Below, in pieces: positions 50,284 to 60,052 of a DNA stretch of 64,000 nucleotides (its first letter is position 1; every line of letters starts with the position of its first letter). Source of the stretch: Candidatus Uhrbacteria bacterium (GTDB lineage: Bacteria; Patescibacteriota; Patescibacteriia; GWA2-47-26). Position numbers and translations under genes: made by a program. The notes under the pieces are model-generated. The model searched no databases. It was not told where the DNA came from and saw only the letters and a program-made list of their open reading frames with translations. Where the stretch lies: positions 228,778 to 292,777 of the forward strand of contig JACPJN010000007.1 in the NCBI GenBank assembly GCA_016187515.1. The letters run 5' to 3'.

Positions 50284-50988
50284 ATGCTTCGTATAAGCAA
50301 TCTCACTTCCGGTTACTCCGGCAATGAAGTCCTGCACGATATTTCCCTGCATGTTGCGCCCGGAGAAATTGTGGGACTGATTGGCCCCAACGGCGCCGGA
50401 AAATCCACGGTGCTGCGCTCGATTTTTCAGTTGGCGCAGATCAAGCGCGGTGCGATCACGTTCAAGAAACATGACGTCACGCGCCTGCACACCCACGATC
50501 TGCTGGAGCTGGGGATTGGCTTTGTGCCCCAGGGCCGGCTAGTATTTTCCAATCTGACGGTGCAGGAAAATTTGCGCATGGGCGGGTTCCTGCTCAACAA
50601 CAAAGATGTGCTCACGCGCAACATGAACGATGTGCTGGCGCGCTTTCCAGTGCTGCGCGAGAAACTCCGCGACAAAGCCCGCAACCTTTCCGGCGGCCAA
50701 CAGCAAATGCTGGCCATTGGCCGGGCGCTCATGATGACCCCGCAACTGCTTTTGCTTGACGAGCCCTCGCTTGGGCTCTCACCAAAAATAATGGGTGAAA
50801 TTGTGGAGATTTTGAAACAGCTCAACGCCGCCGGCGCCACCCTTATGATTGTTGAACAAAACGTGCACCTGCTTTTGGAATTCGCCACCCGTCTTTACGT
50901 GCTGGCCGCCGGCCGCGTGGTTGCGGAAGGCCCGCCTGAACAATTTCACGATCCGGCCGTACTGCGAAAACTTTACTTTCAGGAATAA
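50284..50988 (+). CDS. livF: ABC ATPase, LivF type
   Basis: GPNGAGKST, LSGGQQQMLAIGRALM, DEPSLGL and VEQN. Confidence 0.9.
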   Translation: MLRISNLTSGYSGNEVLHDISLHVAPGEIVGLIGPNGAGKSTVLRSIFQLAQIKRGAITFKKHDVTRLHTHDLLELGIGFVPQGRLVFSNLTVQENLRMGGFLLNNKDVLTRNMNDVLARFPVLREKLRDKARNLSGGQQQMLAIGRALMMTPQLLLLDEPSLGLSPKIMGEIVEILKQLNAAGATLMIVEQNVHLLLEFATRLYVLAAGRVVAEGPPEQFHDPAVLRKLYFQE

Positions 50989-51158
50989 AAAAGCAAATTT
51001 TTGCTCGATCAGCTAGGCGGCCTTGACCCAAAGATGAGCGCAAGGGCGCCCAAATAGAAGAAGCCGATCCTTCGATGAAGGATCGGCACGGAAGAACAGC
51101 TGGATGCGGCGACGCTACATGCCGCGCGCGAGCACGCTGATCGCGCACATCTGGGTCG

Positions 51159-51608
51159 TCAGCGACGGTCCCGCGCCTGCGTCATGACATCTCGGGTCGC
51201 CTTGAGCTCGCCCTGGAGTGCCGCAACCTCCGGCCGGAGGTTGTTGACGGTCTCCCGGAGGTTGTTGACGGTCTCCGTAAGGTGCTGAACGCTCTCATCG
51301 AGCTTGGTGACCTTCTCGCCGAAGGGCTCGATGGCCCGCGAGACCCTGTCCTCGAGGCCCTTGACCGTCGTCCACGCGGTACCTGCGGAAATCATGGCTA
51401 CGGCGACGATCACCGTCGCAAGCCACCACCAGGATGGGCGCGAATCTCGCGTTCCCTTGAATTCCCGACGTTGTAAGTCCACGACGACCGCTCTGAATTC
51501 TGTGATCGCCTGCAACATCACCGCACGTTCTGGCCGCAGCGCTTCCAGAATCTCTCTGACGTCCGACTTGGTAGCCGGCGTTGGCTCGGCCGGTGGCAGA
51601 GGATCCAT
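51159..51608 (-). CDS. GC-rich single-TM coiled-coil ORFan
   Basis: TM segment followed by heptads; perfect 21-bp tandem duplication at 51234-51275 (ETVNNLR x2). Confidence 0.65.
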   Translation of the reverse strand: MDPLPPAEPTPATKSDVREILEALRPERAVMLQAITEFRAVVVDLQRREFKGTRDSRPSWWWLATVIVAVAMISAGTAWTTVKGLEDRVSRAIEPFGEKVTKLDESVQHLTETVNNLRETVNNLRPEVAALQGELKATRDVMTQARDRR

Positions 51609-51802
51609 GGGTGCCGTCCTGTCTTGGCGCTGGTCCTCACCTGACCACCAGGGCGCCGTGCCTACTGGTCATGGCGCGGACCCCCGCCGACCACCTCTCC
51701 TTCTATTCAACCACACCGGCAGGATCCGTCAAGGACGCATAAGTTAAGATACATCTTGCACTCCTTGTCAAAATGAGAAAATTGTGGTATACTATTATTG
51801 TT

Positions 51803-52060
51803 ATGACCATCAATGACTTTATAAAACAGCGCCCGCATCTGATTTGGTATACCAAGAATTATGCCGGTCTTAATGCGGAGGCAATTGTCGAGGCAACGCT
51901 CAATTACGGAAATTGGAAGGACGTACAAACGCTGATAAAAATTATGGGGGTGAAGGAGGTGGCACGCGTCTTTACTACCTACGCGAACCGGCCAAGATGC
52001 AATTATCGTCCTGATATTAAGCATTTTTTTACTCTTTACTTTAAGCGCCATGCCCCGTAG
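51803..52060 (+). CDS. Small antitoxin-like protein (DUF6922-like)
   Basis: LIW..IVEATLNYGNWKDV; upstream of an AbiEii-like gene. Confidence 0.7.
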   Translation: MTINDFIKQRPHLIWYTKNYAGLNAEAIVEATLNYGNWKDVQTLIKIMGVKEVARVFTTYANRPRCNYRPDIKHFFTLYFKRHAP

Positions 52061-52067
52061 TGAAACC

Positions 52068-52679
52068 ATGCATAAAGAAATTCTTACTTCCGAGCAAGTT
52101 GAGCTCTTGCCGCTGGTTGGCTCGTTTTCCAAAGAGTTTGGTTTGGTAGGCGGTACGGCGGTTGCCCTTCAGCTTGGCCACCGGCGTTCCATTGACTTTG
52201 ATCTTTTTTCTTTTAAGGGCTTCAATAATTTAAGCATCAAGCAAAAAATATCGCGGAAACGTAAGATTGATGAAATTTATGTGAACAGAAAAGGGGAGTT
52301 TACTTTTCTGATGAATGGGGTTAAGGTAACTTTTTTTCACTATCCTTTCGAGCTTGATTTTTCAGAGCGGTTTGACCGCGTAATCCGCATGCCGGACCTG
52401 CTGACCCTTGCCGCAATGAAGGCCTATACATTGGGGCAAAGAGCCAAATGGAAAGATTATGTAGATCTGTATTTTATCATGCAAAAATATCATGGCATCT
52501 CGGCAATCGCCGAGAAAGCCGAGACACTCTTCGGCAATGAGTTTAATGAAAAATTATTCCGCACCCAGCTCACATTTTTTCAAGATATTAACTATGCGGA
52601 AAAAGTTGAGTATCTGCCGGGGTTTGAGGTTGAACAACATACCATTGAAAAAGCGCTTGAAAACTACAGCGTAAGTTAG
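52068..52679 (+). CDS. AbiEii family nucleotidyltransferase
   Basis: LVGGTAVALQLGHRRSIDFDLF, AAMKA and RAKWKDYVD. Confidence 0.88.
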   Translation: MHKEILTSEQVELLPLVGSFSKEFGLVGGTAVALQLGHRRSIDFDLFSFKGFNNLSIKQKISRKRKIDEIYVNRKGEFTFLMNGVKVTFFHYPFELDFSERFDRVIRMPDLLTLAAMKAYTLGQRAKWKDYVDLYFIMQKYHGISAIAEKAETLFGNEFNEKLFRTQLTFFQDINYAEKVEYLPGFEVEQHTIEKALENYSVS

Positions 52680-52683
52680 GACT

Positions 52684-54216
52684 ATGTCAACTAAAGTTCT
52701 CTCGGTCGCGCTGGTGGGGCTGGAAGCGGCGCAAGTGGAGGTGGAAGCCGGCATTACCTCGGCCCTTACCGCGTTTACGATTGTGGGACTGCCGGATACC
52801 GCGGTTCAAGAAGCGCGTGAGCGCGTGCGTCTCGCCATTAAATCCAGCGATCTGAATTTTCCAACGACTAAAACCACGGTTAACCTCGCGCCGGCGGACG
52901 TAAAAAAGGAAGGGCCAAAGTATGATTTGCCGGTCGCGCTTTCGGTCTTGCTGGCGCACGAAGAATTAAAGCCCGCGGCCGGCCTGGGCCCGAATTTTTT
53001 CGGGCGTTTTTTATTTTTGGGCGAACTCGCGCTTGACGGCCGTTTGCGCCCGGTTTCCGGCGTGCTCCCCGCGGCGCTTTTTGCGGCCGCGCGCGGACTG
53101 GAAGGAATGTTTGTGCCGGAGCAAAACGCGGCCGAAGCCGCGATTATTAAAAAGATCAAAGTGTATCCGGTACGCGATCTGCGCGAACTGGTGGAGCACA
53201 TCCAATGCAATGAACAAATTGAACCGGCGCCGCCCACAGAAGTGGAGCGTGAGCGCGGCCAAATCGAAGTGGATATGGCCTATATTGCCGGGCAAGAGCA
53301 TGCCAAGCGCGCGCTTGAGATTGCCGCGGCCGGACACCATAATGTGCTCATGCACGGGCCGCCCGGATCCGGCAAAACGCTGATGGCCAAGGCCACCGCC
53401 GGACTGCTCCCGCGTCCGTCTTTAGATGAGATGATTGATGTGACGCGGATTTATTCGGTGGCGGGATTGCTTCCGCCCGGAGTGCCGTTAATTACGGAGC
53501 GCCCCTATCGCGCGCCGCACCACAGCGCCTCATCTGCCGCGCTGGTCGGCGGAGGTACCGCGGTCAAGCCCGGGGAGATTACGCTGGCGCACCGCGGCGT
53601 GCTCTTTTTGGATGAACTGGTGGAGTTTCATCGCGACGTGCTGGAATCGCTGCGGGAGCCCTTAGAGAACGGCGCGATTACGATTTCCCGCGCCGCCGGA
53701 TCGCTGCGTTTTCCCGCGAAGTTTATGCTCATTGCCGCGTGCAATCCGTGCCCGTGCGGTTATCTGGGCGACCGGGAAAAACAGTGCGTGTGTATGCCCG
53801 GGGCTGTTGCAAAATATCGGAAAAAACTTTCCGGTCCAATTCAGGATCGCATTGACTTGCATGTGGAAGTGCCGCGGCTTAAATTTGATAAATTAACCTC
53901 GGAGGCAGTGGCCGAGCCATCGGAAACAATCCGCGCGCGCATTGAGAAGGCGCGCGAAATTCAGCGCGCTAGATTTGCGGAGCGCGGGTATGCCGTAAAC
54001 GCCGAAATGCCGGTGCAAGACATAAAAAAATTCTGCGCGGTGGACGCCCAAACGCAAGATGTACTTCGAAACGCCGTAGATCGCCTGCATCTTTCCGCCC
54101 GCGCTTATCACCGCGTGCTCAAACTCTCCCGCACCATTGCCGATCTTGCCGGGGCCGAGCGTATTGAACAGAATCACGTTGCCGAGGCGATAAATTATAG
54201 ACCCAAGAGTGACTGA
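52684..54216 (+). CDS. comM: YifB/ComM Mg-chelatase-like AAA+ ATPase
   Basis: VGLPDTAVQE, GPPGSGKT, RAPHH, LAHRGVLFLDE and NPCPCG. Confidence 0.94.
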   Translation: MSTKVLSVALVGLEAAQVEVEAGITSALTAFTIVGLPDTAVQEARERVRLAIKSSDLNFPTTKTTVNLAPADVKKEGPKYDLPVALSVLLAHEELKPAAGLGPNFFGRFLFLGELALDGRLRPVSGVLPAALFAAARGLEGMFVPEQNAAEAAIIKKIKVYPVRDLRELVEHIQCNEQIEPAPPTEVERERGQIEVDMAYIAGQEHAKRALEIAAAGHHNVLMHGPPGSGKTLMAKATAGLLPRPSLDEMIDVTRIYSVAGLLPPGVPLITERPYRAPHHSASSAALVGGGTAVKPGEITLAHRGVLFLDELVEFHRDVLESLREPLENGAITISRAAGSLRFPAKFMLIAACNPCPCGYLGDREKQCVCMPGAVAKYRKKLSGPIQDRIDLHVEVPRLKFDKLTSEAVAEPSETIRARIEKAREIQRARFAERGYAVNAEMPVQDIKKFCAVDAQTQDVLRNAVDRLHLSARAYHRVLKLSRTIADLAGAERIEQNHVAEAINYRPKSD

Positions 54217-54313
54217 ATCATGCCTGTCTGACAAATCGGGTATGGCCTGAATATAGGCGAGCCCAGCGAGTTGTAGTCAAAAGCCCATATTCTGTATTCT
54301 GTGGCCCATATTC

Positions 54314-54349
54314 TGTCCCAAAATCTCACGGCCGTGAGATTTTGGGACA
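54314..54349. repeat. Perfect 36-bp palindrome, copy 1
   Basis: TGTCCCAAAATCTCACGGCCGTGAGATTTTGGGACA; identical at 60673-60708. Confidence 0.92.
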
Positions 54350-54501
54350 ATTTTGAAATGTGTAAAAGTACCGGTTCACTTATGCAACACGAAGACTAAG
54401 CTTCCGGAAAAGTATGGCTGTTGGCAATACAATGCGCGGGACAAGCATCTTTATTATTACCCAAATTTTAAATCACAGACATCGAGGTAACCCTCTCTTC
54501 C

Positions 54502-54551
54502 GTCATTTCGACCGAGGATCCGACCGCGGTCGGATCGAAGTGGAGAAATCC
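54502..54551. repeat. GTCATTTCGACC..GTGGAGAAATC REP-like element with nested palindrome
   Basis: Contains GATCCGACCGCGGTCGGATC. Confidence 0.6.
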
Positions 54552-54708
54552 CACCCCCTGCCATAATGCAAGAGGAATTTTGCAAGCAGTAACAACCCGC
54601 CGCGTCTGCCGGTGCCACAGCACCGAAGCGAAGCGGAGGCATGTGCGTCGGTGGGAGAGGCGGGTCTTTTTGACAAACCCGCGATTTTGTGATATCATAT
54701 TGTGTAGT

Positions 54709-55029
54709 ATGAAGACCAAACTTCCCAAATCCCTCTACCGTTATTTTTGGGATATTGAACCGGAGAAACTTGACGTGCGCCAATACTCCACCTATGTAAT
54801 TTCACGATTGTTTGAGTACGGTGATCTCAAGTCGATTCAATGGATGCGTAAGACATACCGCACACCGACACTCCGTGCTGCCCTGACCCGACGAGGTCTT
54901 TCACTTAGATCCCGGCACTATTTTGCCCTCCTGTTTGATCAAAAACTTCATAAAATTTTATGCACCACGAAACCATCGAAAAGAAAACTCGCGCTGCTCT
55001 CGAGCTTTTGGGATCGTCGCGACTCCTAA
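54709..55029 (+). CDS. DUF6922-like antitoxin
   Basis: YFWD..KLD..YVISRLFEYGD. Confidence 0.78.
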   Translation: MKTKLPKSLYRYFWDIEPEKLDVRQYSTYVISRLFEYGDLKSIQWMRKTYRTPTLRAALTRRGLSLRSRHYFALLFDQKLHKILCTTKPSKRKLALLSSFWDRRDS

Positions 55030-55574
55030 ACGATTTTTATCTTGCCGGCGGCACCGGACTTGCGCTCCATCTTGGCCATCGTCTTTCCTACGATCTTGAT
55101 TTTTTTTCTCCCAAAGAGTTCTCACCCCAATCGATGATCATTAAACTTCGAAAGGCGGGACATTTTGCTCTTGACAGTAAAGACAAGGGAACCGTGCACG
55201 GACAATTTGGGGGCGCCAAATTGAGTCTTCTACGCTATCCCTACCCGCTTCTTTTTCGTCCCGCACAATGGTTGGGTATCGCAATCGCGGATCCGCGCGA
55301 TATCGGCTGCATGAAACTTGACGCGATATCCTCCCGTGGCACAAGAAAAGATTTTATTGATCTCTTTTTCCTCCTCAAAACAATCTCATTAAAAGACCTG
55401 CTCGCATTATTTGAGAAAAAATATCGTCGCGTCAGTTATAATCTTGCGCATGTATTAAAAAGCATTGTGTACTTTGAGGATGCGCGGTCAGAGCCGGAAC
55501 CCACTATGCTTCTTCCATACTCCTGGGAAAAAATTGAACGCCTGCTTGAACAGCAAATAAAAACAACCCTATAA
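54960..55574 (+). CDS. AbiEii family nucleotidyltransferase
   Basis: FYLAGGTGLALHLGHRLSYDLDFF, MKLDAI..RG..KDFID and KSIVYFEDA. Confidence 0.9.
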   Translation: MHHETIEKKTRAALELLGSSRLLNDFYLAGGTGLALHLGHRLSYDLDFFSPKEFSPQSMIIKLRKAGHFALDSKDKGTVHGQFGGAKLSLLRYPYPLLFRPAQWLGIAIADPRDIGCMKLDAISSRGTRKDFIDLFFLLKTISLKDLLALFEKKYRRVSYNLAHVLKSIVYFEDARSEPEPTMLLPYSWEKIERLLEQQIKTTL

Positions 55575-55659
55575 ATGGTCGCATTTATCCGCCCGCGCTT
55601 AGCGCGCGGCTTGACCTCTGATTTGCAATGTGATAAACTGCTGATCAGGAGGTACATCC

Positions 55660-55857
55660 ATGTCCAAAATCGCTCCCCCATTGCCATGGAAAGAGGGTGA
55701 TGCTGACCGGAATCCTGACGAGCTTCAGGAAAGAGGAACCCGGGTCTGCTTCAACTGCGGTGAACCTCGGGTGGTCGGGCAACCGCATCGCTGCGGCGAG
55801 CTGGATGCGCTGGCAAGACCGCGCGAAAAAGCGCCCCCGCAACCCAAGCGGAAGTGA
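55660..55857 (+). CDS. Small CxxC-containing ORFan
   Basis: TTGACC-17-TAAACT, SD AGGAGG, CFNC..H.C; terminator at 55895-55917. Confidence 0.55.
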   Translation: MSKIAPPLPWKEGDADRNPDELQERGTRVCFNCGEPRVVGQPHRCGELDALARPREKAPPQPKRK

Positions 55858-55962
55858 CTATTCGGCTCTTTTCAATACTCTCTCAAATCCCTGCGACCGC
55901 TCCGGCGGTCTTTTTTTATTTCGAGCAATTGACCTGATTGACAGGACATGATACAGTACTGT

Positions 55963-56050
55963 GTACGAATTACGAATCTTGTCCGAATGTTACGAATACA
56001 TTGATTAATGCAAATTCGTAGTATTCGCAGCGTCATTCGTAATTCGTATA
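55963..56050. repeat. TACGAAT/ATTCGTA inverted heptamer array in the infB leader
   Basis: TACGAAT units followed by ATTCGTA units. Confidence 0.75.
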
Positions 56051-56054
56051 CAAT

Positions 56055-59000
56055 ATGAACGTTACTGAACTCGCTCGTCGGCTTAAAGTGTCTCCGCAAG
56101 AGCTTCGGGAAATGCTCCCGGCGCTTGGTTTTGATATTGGCATGCGCGCGGTTAAAGTTGACGATCGGACGGCCTGGCGCATTATTGAGCAGTGGCCGCA
56201 ATTGCGCCGCCAATGGCAGACCCTGAAGCAAAAAGAAGACGTGGCCAAAGTCGCCGAGGTGGCCAAGGCCGCCCAGGAGGTAGAGCTTCCCGCGATGATG
56301 ACTGTCCGCGAATATGCCGCCTATCTGGGACTCCCGATTGCCCGAGTGATCTCCGAACTGATGAAAAACGGGATTTTGGCGGCCATGAATGAACGCCTGG
56401 ACTTTACAACGGCTTCCATCATCGCGCAGGATTTGGGCTTCAAGATCAAAGAAAAAACCAAACCAACCTCCATCGAGGAAGAGGTAATCTCCGATGTAAT
56501 CCGTGAGCGGCTCGGTCAAGAGACCGCCGAGCAGCTTAAAGAGCGTCCGCCGGTAGTGGTCGTTATGGGCCATGTTGATCACGGCAAGTGTATTACCGGC
56601 GATACTGAAATTGTGTTGGGGAATGGTGAATTAAAAACGGCTCAGGCATTTTGGGAGGAAGAAACTGCCACGCAATCTCCAATTGCTTCACCTGATGGTG
56701 AAGGTGAATTTGTTGCGCCTCGCTCAAATATCAGCACCATGAGTTATGACCCAGACAGCCATACCATGAAAGCTTCTAAAATTGAGGCGCTGTGGAGGAT
56801 GCCAGCGCCTCAAGCGCTTACTGAAATTAGGCTGCGCTCGGGTGATAAAGTAACGACCACGCCAGAGCACCCCTTCTTTGTGACAGACCTTTCGGGCGAC
56901 ATCAGGCAAGTACCAGCCCAAAATATCTCTGAGGGGCAGTTTGTGATTATTCCTCAAAAATTACCCACGCACAATACTCTCGAAAAATTAGCTCATGAAA
57001 TCATAGAAAGACTTGGCAAGAGCAAAGATTTACTTATTCTTCTTCACAAAACACGGGGTAAAGACTTTCTCACGCGCCTGGAATCAGCCAATAAACAAGA
57101 ATTGTTACGCCAAGGTATACTTTCTACAAAACCACGTTCAAAACAGTATGGACTAAGGAGATTGCGCGCCAGGGATTATATTCTTCTTGGTCGTAAGTGG
57201 CGCTACTGCGACTATGAACTGTGGGAAAGTGTTGAAGCCATAAAACATGCTTCAGAAAAACAAAGAGCATCTCACAAGAGCTTCTTTATACGCTTTCCTC
57301 AACCCAGTGATGACTTACGACAACTCGGATATATTATGGGATGCCTGGCTGGTGATGGTCATATTCCAACAATGCAACTTTCCAATAACGACGGTGATAT
57401 TCAAGAAGCCTATAAGGAAGCGCTGGAAACAATCTTTGGCATCACGACTACCAAATACTCCTACGCAGGCGCGTGTGATACTATCGTCACAACTGGCGGC
57501 GAATCTTTAGCTCGATTCATGTTCGAGATAGCGGGCTTTCCCAGAAAGCAAAAAAGCGCTACTATCACCCTCCCTGTAATCGCACAAATAAATTCGGATA
57601 TCTTTCGCGGCTTCATCGAAGGGTGGTTCGATACTGACGGATATGTATCACCGTTTAATTGGTGGGTAGAAATCACCAGCAAAAGTCACGCGCTGGTACA
57701 ACAATGCGCCACACTCTTACTGCAGGATGAAATTCATAGTGTGATTGCTGAAAAGAAGGGGTTTTTTACCTTGCGGATTGCCAACGAACCTTATCTTTCC
57801 AAGTTTGCCTCTGTCTATCACCCTTGCTGCATGAGAAAAGTCTCCAGATTGGCAGATGCCGTGCACCATGCGGGCACGAGCCGTATTTTTGATCTGACGC
57901 CACTCTCCGGGGGTAGTCTTTTATCTCAAATCAACGTACGAGGGGGTAATAAGACGGTGCCTTTCTTAAGTCGCTATCGAGATTATAGTCAACTGTCACG
58001 GCCATTTTTGCAAGGCTTATTGCCCAACGTCACTCCTCAGAGTGTCGCGGTACTGGACAGAATTAAACCCTGGCTGACAAGCGAGATAAGTTTAGTTCCT
58101 GTCATATCAGTCAGACAGGTGCCGCCCGGTGATGCTTTTGTCTATGATTTCACCGTACATAAAACTCATACCTTTATTGGAAATAGGATTGTACTCCATA
58201 ACACCAAATTGCTCGATGCCATTCGCAAAACTAATGTCGTGGCTACGGAAGCCGGCGGAATTACCCAGCATATCGGCGCTTATCAAACCGTCCGGCACAA
58301 CCGCAAAATTACCTTCATTGATACCCCCGGACACGAGGCCTTTACCACCATGCGCAGCCGCGGGGCGCGGGTGGCGGATGTCGCTATTTTAGTGGTGGCG
58401 GCCGACGATGGGGTCCAGCCGCAAACCGTGGAAGCGCTAAACATCATCAACGCCGCGAAAGTTCCGTTTGTGGTCGCCGTGAATAAAATGGACAAACCGG
58501 AGGCCAGCGCAGACAAAGTAAAACGCGAACTTTCGGAAAAAGGAGTAATCCCGGAGGATTGGGGCGGCAAAACTCCTTTCGCACCCATCTCGGCGAAATC
58601 CGGCCTGGGGATTGACGCGCTTCTGGATGTCATCCTCTTGGTCGCCGACCTGGAGAAAGAAAAAATCACGGCCAATCCGGAGGCGCGAGCGCTCGGCACC
58701 ATTATTGAGGCCCACGTTTCCCCGGGCGAGGGCGCGGTCGCGACTATGCTGGTCCAAAACGGAACTTTAAAAGTCGGCGATGCGCTGGCTGTGGGCCACT
58801 CACTCTACGGCAAAGTCCGCGCGATGAAGGCCTGGGACGGCGCGCTGGTTAAAACCGCCCCGCCCGGAATGCCGGTGCGCATCCTGGGGTTCAAGGTTGC
58901 TCCGGAAGTCGGAGACATCGCGGAGGTGCCGGAAAATCCCAAACTGCTCGAACTTAAAAAAGCCCGTCCAACTTTTGAAAAACTGGTGATTAGTCCTTTC

Positions 59001-59651
59001 AACACCCGGACGGAAGAAGAAATTAAGGCCCAAACCCTGATTAATGTGGTAATCAAGACCGACGTGCTTGGCTCGCTGGAGGCCATCCTGGCGAAATTGG
59101 AGCAACTGCAGACCCCGGAGGTCGCGGTAAAAGTCGTGGCTAAAGGACTGGGTAACATTACGGAAGCCGAGATTCTCCAGGCCGAGTCCTCCAAAGCCAT
59201 TGTCTATGGCTTTCAGGTGATCGCCCCGCCGGCCGTCCTGGAACTCGCGCGAGAAAAAAGCGTGGAGATTCAAATGTATAAAATTATTTACGAACTGCTT
59301 GACGACATTAAAGGCCGCTTGGAGGTGCTGCTGAAACCGGAAATTCTGCGCATTGCTTTGGGGAAACTAAAAGTCCTGGCGGTGTTTCGAAAAGAGCGGC
59401 ATCATGCTATTATAGGAGGACGGGTGGAGGAGGGCAAAGCCGTTAAAAAAGCCAGGGTAACGATCATGCGCGCGGGCGCCGAGGCCGGAGGCGGCGAGAT
59501 TACGGAATTGCAATCCGCTAAACAGGCGGTCTTGGAAGTGCCCGGCGGTTCGCAGTGCGGTCTGAAAATCAACACCAAAGCTGAAATTCAGGAAGGGGAC
59601 GTGCTCGAGCTGTACCGCGAAGAGAAAAAAGAGCGCAAACTTGCGCTTTGA
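56055..59651 (+). CDS. infB: Translation initiation factor IF-2, intein-containing
   Basis: RPPVVVVMGHVDHGK|T, EAGGITQHIGAY, DTPGHEAF and NKMD; about 660 aa after splicing. Confidence 0.96.
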   Translation: MNVTELARRLKVSPQELREMLPALGFDIGMRAVKVDDRTAWRIIEQWPQLRRQWQTLKQKEDVAKVAEVAKAAQEVELPAMMTVREYAAYLGLPIARVISELMKNGILAAMNERLDFTTASIIAQDLGFKIKEKTKPTSIEEEVISDVIRERLGQETAEQLKERPPVVVVMGHVDHGKCITGDTEIVLGNGELKTAQAFWEEETATQSPIASPDGEGEFVAPRSNISTMSYDPDSHTMKASKIEALWRMPAPQALTEIRLRSGDKVTTTPEHPFFVTDLSGDIRQVPAQNISEGQFVIIPQKLPTHNTLEKLAHEIIERLGKSKDLLILLHKTRGKDFLTRLESANKQELLRQGILSTKPRSKQYGLRRLRARDYILLGRKWRYCDYELWESVEAIKHASEKQRASHKSFFIRFPQPSDDLRQLGYIMGCLAGDGHIPTMQLSNNDGDIQEAYKEALETIFGITTTKYSYAGACDTIVTTGGESLARFMFEIAGFPRKQKSATITLPVIAQINSDIFRGFIEGWFDTDGYVSPFNWWVEITSKSHALVQQCATLLLQDEIHSVIAEKKGFFTLRIANEPYLSKFASVYHPCCMRKVSRLADAVHHAGTSRIFDLTPLSGGSLLSQINVRGGNKTVPFLSRYRDYSQLSRPFLQGLLPNVTPQSVAVLDRIKPWLTSEISLVPVISVRQVPPGDAFVYDFTVHKTHTFIGNRIVLHNTKLLDAIRKTNVVATEAGGITQHIGAYQTVRHNRKITFIDTPGHEAFTTMRSRGARVADVAILVVAADDGVQPQTVEALNIINAAKVPFVVAVNKMDKPEASADKVKRELSEKGVIPEDWGGKTPFAPISAKSGLGIDALLDVILLVADLEKEKITANPEARALGTIIEAHVSPGEGAVATMLVQNGTLKVGDALAVGHSLYGKVRAMKAWDGALVKTAPPGMPVRILGFKVAPEVGDIAEVPENPKLLELKKARPTFEKLVISPFNTRTEEEIKAQTLINVVIKTDVLGSLEAILAKLEQLQTPEVAVKVVAKGLGNITEAEILQAESSKAIVYGFQVIAPPAVLELAREKSVEIQMYKIIYELLDDIKGRLEVLLKPEILRIALGKLKVLAVFRKERHHAIIGGRVEEGKAVKKARVTIMRAGAEAGGGEITELQSAKQAVLEVPGGSQCGLKINTKAEIQEGDVLELYREEKKERKLAL
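56589..58202 (+). mobile_element. Intein with LAGLIDADG homing endonuclease (538 aa)
   Basis: Starts CITGDT, block B TTPEHPF, motifs LGYIMGCLAGDG and FIEGWFDTDG, ends VYDFTV..FIGNRIVLHN followed by Thr. Confidence 0.95.
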
Positions 59652-59683
59652 AATTTCTTTAGATATTTTCAAATCTAGCTAGT

Positions 59684-59941
59684 ATGACCATTCCGCTTTG
59701 GTTCATCCTTGTCCTCTGGGGAATCTTTATCGGCTTTACCGTACTTTTATCACTGGTCAATCTTTTTCATATCCTGCATTACGGCTTTTGGACTTTCAAG
59801 TCCGCGCTGTTTTCGCTCTTTTATTACGGAGCTGTAATCATTATTCTGTATTGGGCTTGGACCGAGCTCGGCAGTTTTAATTGGAATCAACCGCTCGTTA
59901 CGTTTGGCATACCGGCTTTTAGCATACCCGCTTCTTTATGA
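59684..59941 (+). CDS. Small two-TM membrane protein
   Basis: Hydrophobic segments around NLFHILHYG. Confidence 0.7.
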   Translation: MTIPLWFILVLWGIFIGFTVLLSLVNLFHILHYGFWTFKSALFSLFYYGAVIIILYWAWTELGSFNWNQPLVTFGIPAFSIPASL

Positions 59942-60047
59942 GTAAATCAAGTAAATAAGGTAAATCAAGCTCTTGATTTACTTGCCCCGTAGTAGAGCGA
60001 AGCTTCACTACAGGGCTTGCCTCGCTTGATTTACTTGCTTTACTTCA
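59940..60047. repeat. AAGTAAATC 9-mer hairpin with nested CCCCGTAG..CTACAGGG palindrome
   Basis: The nested hairpin is flanked by CTTGC on both sides. Confidence 0.75.
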
Positions 60048-60052
60048 ATAAT

